64,000 nucleotides of DNA, from assembly GCF_009914755.1 (NCBI RefSeq), contig NC_060927.1. One strand, written 5' to 3'. The stretch comes from the human T2T-CHM13v2.0 reference genome, Homo sapiens. Made by a program: the position numbers and the translations under genes. Of this stretch, positions 25,384 to 40,200 are shown in pieces. Under the pieces are notes generated by a model that was not told the DNA's origin, did not search any database, and worked only from the letters and a program-made list of their open reading frames with translations. Each line of letters starts with the position of its first letter. The first letter of the stretch is position 1.

Positions 25384-26788
25384 CAATATGTGCTCAGATT
25401 TAGAATACTGATCCAGATTGTTACATTACTCATCCCTCTTGTTTCTTCTGAGCTGCAGCCAAAGATCACTAATTGGTTCACAGGAATAAGCAACATTAAT
25501 CTAAATTGCAGACAAAACTTCAAAAACAAATAATAAGTATGCAGTCTAATAGCAGGTGTACCATAGTTCTTCAGACATAATTTTTCTCTTGCCAGTCCTC
25601 ATTTTTATTAAAAAAATCATGATAGGACTAATTTGCTTGCAAAATAAGTTTTAGAGTTATTATATTTAGCCTGATTATTTCCATACACCACAGAAAGAAT
25701 AATTATTTGCCATATACATTTATTTTTAATTGGTTTTGATGAAACTTCATTTCAAAAGAAATCTCAGATAAGACCTTTTTAACACCTTAAGCCTAGCCAT
25801 GAGTTTGCCATCAAATACCTGTATGAGTTGGGTAAATTTCTCTCCTCTCAATGTCCCAGTATAGCTTGGGGCTCCTGGGCCTGTCAGAAAGTTACATCTT
25901 TACTTGCCACAAGAACAAACCCTGTAAAGGGACTATGCAGACAAGGTATGAGGCTAGTTTTCCCAAGGGGCTTTTATTAGATCTGTAAGTTGAAGTTGAT
26001 CTTTTAAAGGAGAGCATGCCATTCAAGTTAAAGTCTTGGTAAAATAACCAGTTTCTTCAATTGTGTACTGTTGAAAAATAAAAAATAAAAAATAAACAGA
26101 TTCTTATTGCACTTCTGCAAGTAACTTTATTGCCAGAAGTTAGGAATATTCATAAATAGTTTCCAAATTTTTGAGATATCCGGTAGAGAGAAATATGCTC
26201 CACATTTTATTTATAGGAGTATTTTTCTAAATCATTAAAAGCGGTAAATAGTTCAAAAGAACAATTTTCTTGGCTTTGGAAAACAAAGTATTAGCAATGT
26301 TTTAATAAAAAAGGCATGAAAGGATAATTTTAGTCTTTTACTAGTTCAGTCCATGCAGTTAATGCCTGTTCTGCTTAATATTCATGAACATTTCAGCTCT
26401 CCATGAGAGTCTTGAAAGTTTTTCCCTCTATTCTGCCACAGTAAACAGTATCCAAAATTATCAGAAAAACCTGCATTTAAGGGCACTTGTTAGAGTCCTA
26501 TAACTGATTATAAAACAACCTTTAAAGAGGATCAAAATAAGACAATTGTCCATGGAAGACAAAACATCTTAGATCAGCCACAGTCAAAAACACAACTGAA
26601 AATGAAATTTGTTACCTCTATGGCACGCAATAATTTAACATGGCAATTGTAATTATTATTGATAACACATACTAAGACATATCAGAATTATAGGAGACAC
26701 AGAATTTCTTTTATAGAATCAATTTTTCACAAACCTTCCACAAATTGTTTAAACATTTATCTTTATCCTAACTTAAAACAATACTTTA

Positions 26789-27960
<1,172 letters not shown>

Positions 27961-28359
27961 TACTTTAACCTTCTAAACTAGGCAAAAATAATTCACATTC
28001 CCATGCAGTCTTATACTCTTTTGCCAAAAGCACATTCTCTTTGGTTACATGCTATTTCTAAACCCCTGATGTAGGGCTATCCAGGTTAAAGTTATTCATT
28101 AAAGATTTGGATAGCTTTCACAGGAGAAATAAGGCTAGAGGGGAAGATGAAATCAGAGGTGGGTAAATATTAAGTAGGCACCCGTCTTGAAGGAGGTGCC
28201 ATTTTCCCCAATTACTGAATAGTAGTTGAAGGAGAGTTGCTCAGAGAAGGAGACTAGCACAGGATAGACAGCTCTTGAACCCAAGAGGGAAACTTATAAT
28301 TTTACTTGTCCTTGGCTTTGTCCTTAGGACAACCTGGAGGAAGCTGGAAAGCTTGTAAA

Positions 28360-29400
28360 GCAAATAGTTGAGCCCGCCTTTTGTCTCTGCATTTTATTTT
28401 CTTAGTCCTGGCCTTCTTGTCCTGATCTCAGTTACAAAAGACTAAGGAGTCTAGTTTGATGATTTCCTGTATAACGGCACTAGGTTCTAAGGCCAACTTA
28501 TGTAATTTTCTCTCAGTTCATTTTTAGGCCAAACGGTATTACAAAGAAAAATGAGTGTTTTGTTTTAAGATTTGGAGGAATCAAACATCCCAGTTTTGGG
28601 GTACGCATCTGAGGTGCATGTCCTGTGGTATGGACATGTGATTTCCCATCTACAAAGAGAGAACAGAAGAGGAAAAAGGGAAAAGAAGAAGTCCCCTCTT
28701 ATTCTTCTACTATCCTGAATACAGCACCCCTCATTCATACTTAGGGTTCTGGAATAAACCAGTCTTACCATTTACCCTTAACTTTTTTCTCATCTCATCA
28801 CAATTACCTACTTGAGAACAAAGGACATACCAGAATGAATAGTGGGCCAACTGTTCACCCTTGGGTTGATGGAATGAGCCGGTCTTACCGTGTACCATTA
28901 ACCTTGCCTTCCTCTTTGTAGCCTAAGACCAACCTTCATCTCTCTCCTACAAGTCTTGTGTCTGTGGCTTTGGGCTGGTTTATATCTTTGTCTCCGTAAC
29001 CTTATAGTGACTCTCGCTTGGAGCATTCTAGCAACAAAATGATTATCTCTTTTCTTACATTCTCATTTTCCCTGTTCTTTGAATAGTTGAGAAGCCTGTA
29101 TTTTAGCTAACTGCTACAAGTGGGGTGGACCTCCCTCCCTTTGAATAAACCTTGAAGATCTTGATGCATATTGAGAAGGGTGTGGAAGTGATTAGAGAAA
29201 TGGAGGCTACAGGAGGAAGTGGGAGGAAGTGAGAGGAATAATTCTGGAAAGCCTTCATATGCTCACAACAACAACAGCCCTTGGATTTGAGAGGGCAACA
29301 TTTATTTGCCCTCTTGACATGAAGTAGTAACATCTGGAGGACTTGGGGCTTGGAGTAAGAACTCGCAAATGGCAAAGGGAGAATTTCCCCTCCTCCCAAA
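28360..29400 (-). pseudogene. Gag remnants of the MER50 provirus
   Basis: 28360-28515 translates to RKLHKLALEP...KLDSLVFCN*DQ, resembling a gammaretroviral gag C-terminus. Heavily decayed. Confidence 0.45.
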
Positions 29401-30244
29401 GGGGTGTTAATTCAAAAAAAAGCAAGTAGGTGGGATCCTTAAAGGGCCACAGACAGAAGTACAGAGGTAGGCCCTATGCAGGCAGATAAACTGCTTGAAA
29501 AGCCACTGGAAAACTCAGCCCTGAGGTATAGCAGGAACAAAAAGTGTATGGTAAGTCTTAAGGAGCTGGCACGGCCAGAGTTCCAATTAGTGCCTTTCCT
29601 AGAAGTGTGCCAGCAGACAGGGGAAGGATTGGAGGTCAGCCAAGCTGGTAGGGTAAAAACAAGTATAAATCTTAGGGGATAGCTGCAAGAAAGCCTGTGT
29701 CTTTGCTGCCACACAAGCCCAGCAAGAGCCATAGGCACATGAATAATAGGGATTGTGGGTTTAAGAAGTCATGTGGCATGTAAAGTGAAAGCAAAGAGGC
29801 AGACTTGCCCCTGAGGTAGATGGTCCAGCAGGTGCACAAGGCCGTTTCAGAATGCACTCAGAACAAACAAGAGAATAGGCCATGCAGGTTCTTGGGAAAG
29901 GGCTGACTTTAGTTGAAAAAAAAAAAAAAAACAGAAGAAACCCCAGACATTGCATGATTTCAGGCTTTAGCCCTACCACTCTTGTGAATCTCCTGTCCAG
30001 GAGGGCCATTAGTGCTTCAGTTATACTTGGTGTGGATTCCAAGGTCCTTCCCACTCCTAAAGGCTACCCATCAGGGTGAACAGAGAGACCAACCTGGGGG
30101 AGCAGAGTCACTTGTGGCCAAGAAGAATTGTTCTGGGGTTTGGTTTGCAAGACAGCAAAAGGGCAGAAGAAAACAGCATATGGGGGTTGAATGCCCCCAG
30201 CAGAACAAGGCAAGGCATAGGGGTGTCTTACTACTGGGGATCAT

Positions 30245-30264
30245 ACCTGAGTCACACAGCACCA
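30245..30264 (-). promoter_or_regulatory. Degenerate His-like PBS of the MER50 provirus
   Basis: TGGTGCTGTGTGACTCAGGT lies 5 nt downstream of the 5' LTR end. Confidence 0.6.
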
Positions 30265-30269
30265 AAGTA

Positions 30270-30806
30270 TGTTAGCAGTGGAACTTGTCTGAGACATGTG
30301 GGCCAAGCGGGCAACTTGAGATACCAAGTGTACTGTTTTACTTTTGACTTGGGGTTTTACACATTGGCATACCTCCAGGATTTTCATCCCTTCTCCTCTG
30401 ATTCTTCCCTTGGGGTGGGCTGTCTGCATTTGCAATGGCCTGCTAGGACTTGGGAGGGGAACATGTACAATGTGTTTACTGGCGTTGTGCACGTGCTCAC
30501 TTGAGGCATTCTTTCCTTACCAGCCTAATGTTCTTAGAAGGTCATATACTAGTTAAACTCTGCCATTATTCCTCTTAAGGTGCAGGCTTGAGTCCACTTG
30601 CCCAACTCCTGAGCTCTTAGTGGGAAGTTGCTGATCACCAGTTTTAGGTTTTTTTATCTGTTGGGAGATTGCCTTCCCCTGGTACCAGCTGTGACCAATT
30701 ATTATTTTAGAGAAACAGCTTAACAACTGCCTATCACCTGATGGTCACCTGACATTCTTAGTGGGGATACCCCTCTCCTGCCCTGCTCATGGTACTTACT
30801 GTAACA
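30270..30806 (-). repeat. 5' LTR, MER50, with ~160-bp internal deletion
   Basis: Aligns by eye with 23754-24272 but lacks most of 23590-23750. Confidence 0.85.
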
Positions 30807-31214
30807 AGTGCAAGCACAAGACAAAAAAATACAAGAGGATATTTTAATAATTCAATCAAGATATATTGATGGTTTTGCCCATGTTAGAAGGGTTGTAAGG
30901 CACAGTAATAGGGTAACTGGGGGTAAAGATTTTTAAGAAAAATAATTTTCTAAGTTAGATCATAAATTCATTAGTTGTATTCAAGGAAAGTATTTTTAAT
31001 GATTTGATGTTGATTGTAAACAGTTAGTTTTTAGAATATGTTGATATTGAGGTTAAAGATTTAGCTTGTAGGTCAATATTTCCAAATTTGCCAAATTGTT
31101 GGCAACAAATTTGGAAGTGCAGAATCTACCTAAGTCCTTCATAAATGGATTTATTAGCCTCTCCCTACTGCCTTTTTTGAAACTAGAGTTTTACAGCTTC
31201 TAATTTCCTCTGGG

Positions 31215-31395
31215 TAAAGTAGTATCTTTAAAACTTGCTTGTTTGTAAAAATTACCTGGTTTGCTTATCAATACTGTAGATTCTTAAGCTTTCCTGCAGA
31301 CTCATGGAATCAGAATCTTTATACATGGGACAAAACAGCAGTTTCAATAAACAGCCTAGGTTATTTACACATACCTGAAAGTTGGACAGCCACTC
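31215..31395. mobile_element. MER5-like (hAT-Charlie) remnant
   Basis: attacctgg...gaatcagaatct...tgaaagttggacagccact. Confidence 0.45.
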
Positions 31396-33399
31396 ATTTG
31401 CTAACATGAAAATATAGAAAGAATAAATTCTTAATAATTCTTAATAATTGTTTTACTCTCACATATTTAGAAACCTCAGTACAAGATTAATAATATTCTG
31501 TCTTTCCAGTCTTATAATTCTCTATACATTTATTTATAATCAAGGGATTACCATAAAGATATTAAACTACATGGCCTCTCATTTCCATGGACCTCTTCCA
31601 TGGCGTTTTGTTTCACTTTGTGATGATCCCAAACATTGCAGAAACTTATAGTCTCACCTAACATGAGTAATCCCTGTTTATTTCAGTCAGAGGTAAGGTG
31701 CACAATTATAGAGCCAACATTATAACTCAAGCTCTCTTAATACTAATAGACATCATAAATTTGCCTTCAAATTAATCTAGTCACTTCTTGGTTTAAAGTT
31801 ATTTGTTAGCATTTTATATTAGATTGTGTTAATGTTTTTAGAGGAAAGCAAAATTTCGGTATTTGAAAGGAAAAAAATCCAATAATGTGAATAAATATCT
31901 AAATTTAAGGCTTTTCACTTTCAGCTATTGATTAAATGCTAGTACTATTGCTAGTAATATTACTAGATACACAAATTCACAAAAATCATGTAGTGCACAT
32001 TATCAAGAAGTCATCTAGTATAGATATTATATAATGTTATGAAAATATACAAGAATAAGTGTGCCTGCCTAGAAATAGATGTTGTGATTTGTTTTTAAAT
32101 ACTTAATTTGTCTAATGGCTTTACAATATTTAATAGTTATGCTACATCTTCTGATTGTAAAATAGTTGGTGGTTTTACTAGAACAATGAAAATACTATAA
32201 AATTTCTTTTCAAAATCAATGAAGTCCTATACTGAGTTCTATTATGTAAGTTCACCAGAGACTTAACATCAATTATTAATTTAATCTTTGTTGTCTTGAG
32301 ACACACACAGACAAGACCTCATCAGGAAGCATATATACACATGCACATACAAAATTTCTGGCAGATTATTGAGAATACAATTTCCTGGCATAAAAGACAT
32401 GTTTATAGCAAACTAAGAGGTTCTTAAAGGCAATCCTAGATGCCTTTGGAAGGAACCCTCATGTACAGCATAGTGACTGCAGCATTGACTTGGCATTTAA
32501 TGAATATTTGATGATGAATGAATAATTGAATTAATTCAGATCCATGTTCTTGACTGAAAACCAAGGTGACTTCTTTACCATGTGCTTGAATAAAGAGATG
32601 TTTAATTACAAACTTGATAATGTTGTTTCATTAGTTTTTAGACACTAAAATACAAAAACCAGACCAATTTATCAACAGACCACTATTCATGATCCAGCAT
32701 GATTTGTTCAGGATTGAGAACTAATGGCTTCTTCTGGCATAGACCTTCAAATTCAAAAATAATCTATTTACAGGCATTAGGTTGACATCCAATTTCAGTT
32801 CCTATAGTAACACATTAGAGAAAACAGTTTTTTTTTAAACAATTGGTTTCCTTGACATGTGTTTCAGTGTGATATTTACACTGCTGTCTGTGCTTATTAT
32901 AGATTGCATTGATTATATAGCAGGAGTGTTAATGTTACTGAGTGGTTTATTCTTTCATGGGACTGCAGCACAAACAAGGTAGTCTAACTTGTGTCAATGT
33001 GTCCTGATAGCCTGAGAAAAATTTTCACAAATAAAATCCAACTAACCTTTCTTTCCCTGATCTAACCACAAATAACCCCCACAAACAAGGGTCATTGCAA
33101 AGACTTTGACTAATTAGTTGTGAAATCAAAACTTAGGTAATTATATACTGCCGCTAAAAATGGACTAGCAGAAGATAAAACATATTTGTACAAAATCAGG
33201 CAATCCAAAGTTACACCAGTGCATTTAATCTCTAAATCCCTCCTGGTGTAATACTTAAAGACATTCTTAATTTAATAAGAATGGCAAAACAACAAAACTT
33301 TTACAATTTAAGTGAAAGTAATTTTATGAAAAAAAAATTTTAAGTGAAGTCAATAGAAAGGAGATCCTAAGGTCAAAGTCTTGTGCATTTGACTTTGTT

Positions 33400-34370
33400 T
33401 TAACATCAAAAGACATAATACAGAAATAGAAAATAAGATCTCAGAGTGGAAAAATGTATTCATATCACATAAAACAAAGATTTTATATTTATTATATATA
33501 AGAAGTACTTACAAATCAACAAAAAAATGGGAAAACGACATATTGGTATTTCATAAAAGGGGACAAAAAGAATAGCCACTGGGCAATAAGTACAAGGCCA
33601 TGAAATATAGAGTAAAATGTAATATCATTAATATCCAAAAAATGGCTACAAAAAGAATTACAAGATGAGGCATAGCAAGAAGTAGAACAAGGGAAGCTCC
33701 TTCATATTGCTGGTGGTAGGGGGAATCAATATATTCACTCTGTAAAAATGTTTGGCATTGTCTACTGAAGATGAGCGTACACAGCTAAACAATTTCACAC
33801 CTAGATATATAATCAACAAAAATGTGTGTGCTTATGCACTGAGAGGCATTTAAAATAATGATCATAGCTCCATTATTTGTAACAATCAAGAGCTGAGAAC
33901 TGTTATGAGACCCATAAACAGTAAAAACAGATAAAATAATGTATACATATAGGGGAATACACACAAATAAAAGTAAACTATACCATTACACATGGATGAA
34001 TTCCACAAACATAATGATTATTAGAGAAGCTCAAGTATAAAAGATTATATACTATACAGTCTCAGTTCATTGAGTTTCCTCCAAAACATAATAAAAACTA
34101 AGTTTTGTGATTAATATCACAACATGCAATAGTAAAAGAATGAAGAAAAGTTTAGAAAAATTTATTACCACAGCAATCAATTTATTTGTTTTTCTTAGGT
34201 GGTAGAGATGGAGTTTTTGTGGAAAATTTCTTTAATGGCTGGTAATTAATCTTTCCTGACCTGACTCATGTAATGGTTACATATGTGTTCAATTTATAAT
34301 TTCTTAAATGTTACAATGGTTTTTACATACTTCTCTATTTGTGTTATTTCATAATAAAAAAGATTAAATA
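33400..34370 (+). mobile_element. Old L1 (L1ME/MC) 3' end
   Basis: ORF2 C-terminal-like text, then 3' UTR (acatggatgaattccacaaacataatg...atttcataataaaa). Confidence 0.6.
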
Positions 34371-35074
34371 TATAGATACCTGATACATATACTTTAAAAC
34401 TTAGACCTTATTAGTCATCAAATTAATACCATAATATCAATTTTGTATGTTTAATCACTAAAAATTAACTCATACATAATACTGGATGTTGTGTAATGAT
34501 ATCTGTACTATCAAATACTGTTAGCAGATATGCAGATTAAAAAATTAAATAATAGACAGTCAATAGTAAGTGTTTTAATATAATAAGTGCCAGATGTGCT
34601 TTATTTCTAGTAATTCCTATTCCAGAAATATCCTTAAGGAATTAATCTAAAATAAGAGAAGTGTATTTAAAATAGATTAATTATTGTATAATATATAGAA
34701 TTAGCAATGAAAGCTAAAGTGTCCAACAATAGAAAATATTTGAATTAAATTGACATTTAGATTATTTCTATATACTTTTATTATTATATATGAAAGACTT
34801 GCACATATGGTACAATATAAAATATGCAAAAAAAATTCCGTATAAGCCTGCCAAAATGTTAACTTTGATTCACTCTCTGCCTTGTAAATATGAAATATTT
34901 TTTCTTCATAATTACTGTTTGCTCTTCCATATTTTATGCACTAAATATATTTTATCACATAACCTGAAACAATTAGCAAAAACATACAAACTAGATTTAT
35001 TAGATAATTCTTCTTTTATCTTTTAATATTTCATTTCCAATCTGACTATACTTTATTCTGTTGATTATCAGTGC

Positions 35075-35620
35075 TGATTGCACTGGCTGGAACTTGTGTT
35101 GCAAAGTTGAACAGGAGTGACAAGAGTAGATAGTCTTGGCTTCTTCTTGATATTAAGGGAAGACATTCAGTCTTTCATTATTAAGTTAGATGTAAGTTTC
35201 TCATAGAGTCCTTTATATCAAGTCAGAAAGTTTTCTAGTCCAAGTTTGTTTAGAGTTTTTCTCATAAATGCATGCTAAATGCTATAAAGCACTTTTTCTC
35301 TGTATTTAGACTATAGTGATTTTTGACCTTTATTGTATTAACTGGTGTATTAAATAGAATTCAAAGGTTAATCTAAACTTAAATTCCTAGGATAAATCCT
35401 ACTTGGTTATAGTGCATAATTCCTGTTACATATTTCTGGATTTAGTAAGCTAATATTTTCTTCATGATTTTTACATCTATATTCATGAGGGATTTGTATC
35501 TATAGTTTTCTTTTCTTGTGTTATCTTAATTTGGCCTTGTTTTCAAGGCAATGTTGACCTTATAGGATGAATTGTAAGTGTTTCTTCTTCCTCTATCTTT
35601 CTGGAAACTTTTGTAGTATT
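35075..35620 (-). mobile_element. Old L1 ORF2 (RT region) fragment
   Basis: ggataaatcctacttggttatagtg...ttttacatctatattcatgagggat. Confidence 0.7.
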
Positions 35621-37272
35621 TAAAAGCTGAAAATCTTCAGAACAACCATGAGTGGCTATGGTGAAGGCAAGCTGGAAGCAAAAATTATGAGACGAATCTT
35701 TCAAGCTAAAACTTCTCTGAACTTATAGGTCAGAAAGCACTAAATGATGTTGGGGCACATCCTCTTGCAATGGCAAGCACTGGGGCAAGGGAGGAGGGCT
35801 GAGAAAATACGTAAACCATGACCAGCAAACAGAAGAAAAGGTTCACTTGTCATGGACATCAACAAATTCTAGTGCAACTTCTTAACAGCGTTTAGGCAAT
35901 ATGAAGACATGTGGACCAGAAGCCATTCTAAGTAGGAAGAGGATGTGGGATAAACATCTTTAACAATGCTTTAAATGTAAATTGCTTTATCATATGTCTG
36001 GAAACTTTTAAATCAAAAAACATTGTTTAACCTGCAAAACTCATTGTTACCTTCAATTATCAAACACAATTTCTCCTCTAATTTCATCCCTACAAGCAGT
36101 AGAAAATAATAGAAGTGCTACATTTTTTTTTCAGTTCTGATGGGTGTAAATTACAAAATTCTCTGGTTTAACTTTCCTTATAGAATATATTACAAAATCT
36201 AGATTATATTTAATTTGATTTTATTTTATTGATAGATCAGGTTGACACAAATGCAGAGAATCAGAATCTAGAGCTCATAGAAATCCTGAAGAGCAGGTGG
36301 AAGATGAGAGATTACATTAGAGCATGTCCTACTGGGAAGATGTTGAATTCACAGAGGCAGGGAAAAGTGTAAGGATGTCTCAACTAAGAGGTTTAAATAA
36401 CTCAACATAACATAAATGTATATTTTCAGATGTATAGTAAGTCAAATTAAGTGTATAATAGAGCATTATTATAGCAGGCAATGCTCACTAGTCTAAACAA
36501 CAGGTTGTCACAAGTCTCAGGTTATTATATTTTCAAATATTTATAATTGGATTTGAACACAATTTTCTCCCTCAAGTTGACTATTCTGGAAGTATTTTTA
36601 AGAAAAACAGATATTATATGAATCTTATTCAGTATGAACAAATAAACACCAAATAATTTTTAGTAGAAATCAGTGAATTTGGTTTGATAGGTATGTAGAT
36701 AGATGTAGATGCATATCAAGAAAAATGGTTTGAAGCAAATATTTTGGATATGCTCTTACAATAAAAATCATACTAATATTTCATTTCTGTATTACTTCAT
36801 CAACTTCTTCATTGGAAAATCAGAAATATTTATTACTGATAAAATTTATTTTTTGTTTTATGTGAATACAAACTGAGTTATAGTGTTACTCATTATAATT
36901 TTAGTTTAGAATATCTAACTTTGAGTTAAAATGTTACTTGAATTCCATTTTAAACTACATTTTCATATAATTCGTTTCTCAGCATAAGTTGACAATATGG
37001 CCTAAGTAGTGAAAACATTGAAGAGAACCAAATAATTACATCAAATAATATTTATTGTATTTTCAGCATAGCTTCTACTACACACAAAGCAATTCTCCCC
37101 CAGAGGGAACAAGCATTTTCTCTAAGACAGCATAATCCAAATGTGGATCAGCTTCATAATTTTGTTCCATTTTTACCAGAAACATCAGGGTAAAACTATA
37201 GCTCTCCATTTCTCATGTTTCATATGGTATTTACCACATTTTACACAGCTGATTAGTAAGAAATTTGACTCA

Positions 37273-40200
37273 AAGTCTAAAGGGCAGGAGGCAGAGCTAA
37301 ATGGCTGAATAGAACCTTTTCTTGATTGCCCCCCTGCAGAAACACCAAACTGAACAGCTGCCTACATGAAAAAGCACCTTCATAAGAACGAAAAATAAAA
37401 TCAGATATGTGTTGTGTACTTGGTTTTAACACAATAACAAAGAAAAAGGCATTGAAGAGGGCAGAAGGACAGTCCTGCATTGCCTGCACCACCCTTCCCA
37501 CAACCCTAAGCAGTACAACATGGAGAGAATTTATGTGCTTTGGGGATGGAAAGCAAAGTGGGAGTACGGGATTTGCATTGGAACTCAGTGCTTCCTGTCA
37601 CAGTAAAATACAAAACAGGGCAGAATTCTGGCAGAGGTGCCCACAACGGGAGAATTTAGACAAACCCTGGGCCAGAAGGGACTTTTCCACCCTAGCAGAA
37701 GAAAACTGAGTCCTGGCCCACTTTACCACTGACTGACTAAAGTGGCCTGGGTCCCCAGATAAATTTGAGAGGAAGTTAGGCCATAATGACTGTAGTCCTT
37801 GGGCAAGCTCAGGTGCTGTGCTGGTCTCATAGGCAATGGATTTGCGGTGCAACCCAGAGTGGCACTCCTGTGGCAGCCACAGGAGTGCCTGCATCACCCC
37901 TACCCCAACTCCAGGCAGTGCCACTGAAGGAGAGACTTCTTCTACTTCCGGGAAGGAGACGGAAGAATACAGAGGACTTTATCTGGCAATGTGGGTTCCA
38001 GTTTAGCCACAGTAAAATAAAGCACCAGGCAGATTCCTGAAGCCCCTGATTCCAGGTCTTAGCTGCTGGATGGCATTTCTATACCATACCTTGGCTACAA
38101 GGGAATCCACTGCTCTAAAGGGACAAACCCAGTCCTGGCTGGATTCACCACCTGCTGACTAAATCTGAAAGAAAAAGATATTAGTAAACAATGAAAAATC
38201 ATCTGAAGGTATAAAACTCAATGATATAAGTAAGACCCAGAAAAATACAGAATACTTTAACACTGCAATTACAGTTTACAATTCACTCATATTTCTAGTA
38301 GGAACCCTGCAAGATAAACCCATCAAAAATAACAACTACAACATTTTAAGAGACAAGACAGTACAAAACAATATAAACAGAGACAGCAGAAAGCCTAAAA
38401 GTAAGGAAGAAGAAGTTACAGTGGTGAGTTTTTTAGTTGTCTCTGCTTATTTTTCTTCTTTGTGATAAGAATTAAATTGTCATCAGTATAAAATAATTGG
38501 TTATAATACGCTATTTGCAAGACTTATGATCACAAAAAAACCCCATAATAGATCCACACACACAAAAAAAAATAAAAAGCAAGGAATTAAAATATCTACC
38601 AGAGAAAATCATTTTCACACAAAGGAAGACAGGCAGGAAGAAAGAGAGGAACAACAAAACAGCCAGAAAACAAACAGCAAAATGACAGTAGTAAGTCGTT
38701 ACCTGTCAGTAATAACACTGAATGTAAATAGACTAATTCTAAAACAAAAGACGTAGAGTAGCTACACAGAAAAAAAATAAACAACACAAGACCCAACTAT
38801 ATGCTGCCTATAAGAAATTTACTTCACCTATAAAGACACACATAATCTGAAAATAAAGGGATAGAAGAAGCTATTTTATGCAAATGAAAGCCAAAATATA
38901 TCAGGAGTATCTATATTTACTTCTCATAAAATAGACTTCAAGACAAAAATTGTAAAAATATACAAAACGATTGTTATATAATAATAAAAAGATTAATTAA
39001 GCAAGAAAATATAACAATTGTAAATGTATATGCATCAAACACTGGAACACCCAGATATACAGAGCAAGGATTATTATTAAAGAGAGAGACAGACGGCAAT
39101 ACAATAACAGATGTGAACTTTAACAACCCACTTCAAGTATTGGACAGATCATCTCATTTGACAAAGAAACACTGGACTTAATCTGAAGCATACACTAAAT
39201 GGACCTAACAGATATTTACAGAACATTTCATCTGAAAACAACATAATGCACATTTTTCTCCTCAACACATGGAAGATTCTCAAAGATAGACCATATGTTA
39301 GGGAACAAAACAAGTCACAAAAATTCAAAAGAATTTAGAATTATATCAATTATGTTTTCTAGCCACAATGGAATAAAACAAAAATAAATAAGAGGAATGT
39401 TGGGCTGATAAAAACACACCAAAATTAAACAATATGCTCCCAAATGATTATTGAGTCAATGATGAAATTAAGAAAATTTTAAAATTTCTTCAAACAAGTA
39501 AAAAAAAAAAACACAACATACCAAAATCTATGGAATACTACAAAAGCATTAGTAAGAAGAAGGTTTACAGCTGTAAATGTCTACATTTAAAAAATAGAAA
39601 AATTTGAATAAACAACCTAAGAGTGTATCTTAAAGAACTAGAAGAGGAAGAAGAAACCAAACCCCAAATTAGTAGAAAGAATGATATGATAAATATCAGA
39701 CCAGAAATAAATGAAACTGAAATTGAAAAAAAAAAACACAAAAGATCAACAAATTAAAAATTTGGTTTTTTTTGAAAAGATAAACCCTCAACAAACTATT
39801 TAAAAAGTAGCAAGAAGACACAAATTAATAAAATTAGAAATGTAAAAGGAGACATTACAATTGATACCACAGAAATTCAAAAATCACTGGAGATTGTTAT
39901 GAGCAACTATTATGAGCAAATATATGTCAATACCTTGGAAAACCTAGATGAAATCGATAAATTCCTGGACACATGAAATTTACCAAGATTGAACCATGAG
40001 GAAATCTTAAACTTGAATACACCAATAACAAATAACAAGATAAAGGCAGTAATAAAAATTTTCCATTAAAGAAAATCCCAGGGCCTTGCAGCTTCACTGC
40101 TAAAAATTCTGCCAACATTTAAGAAGATGCAATACAAATCCTAGTCAAACTAGTTTTAAAAAATTCAAGGTAAAGGGAACACTTCCAAACTCACTATATG

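Noticed and set aside
31080-31116. Small inverted repeat ttccaaatttg...caaatttggaa
   Set aside because: Too short and AT-rich to support an RNA gene or a transposon end.
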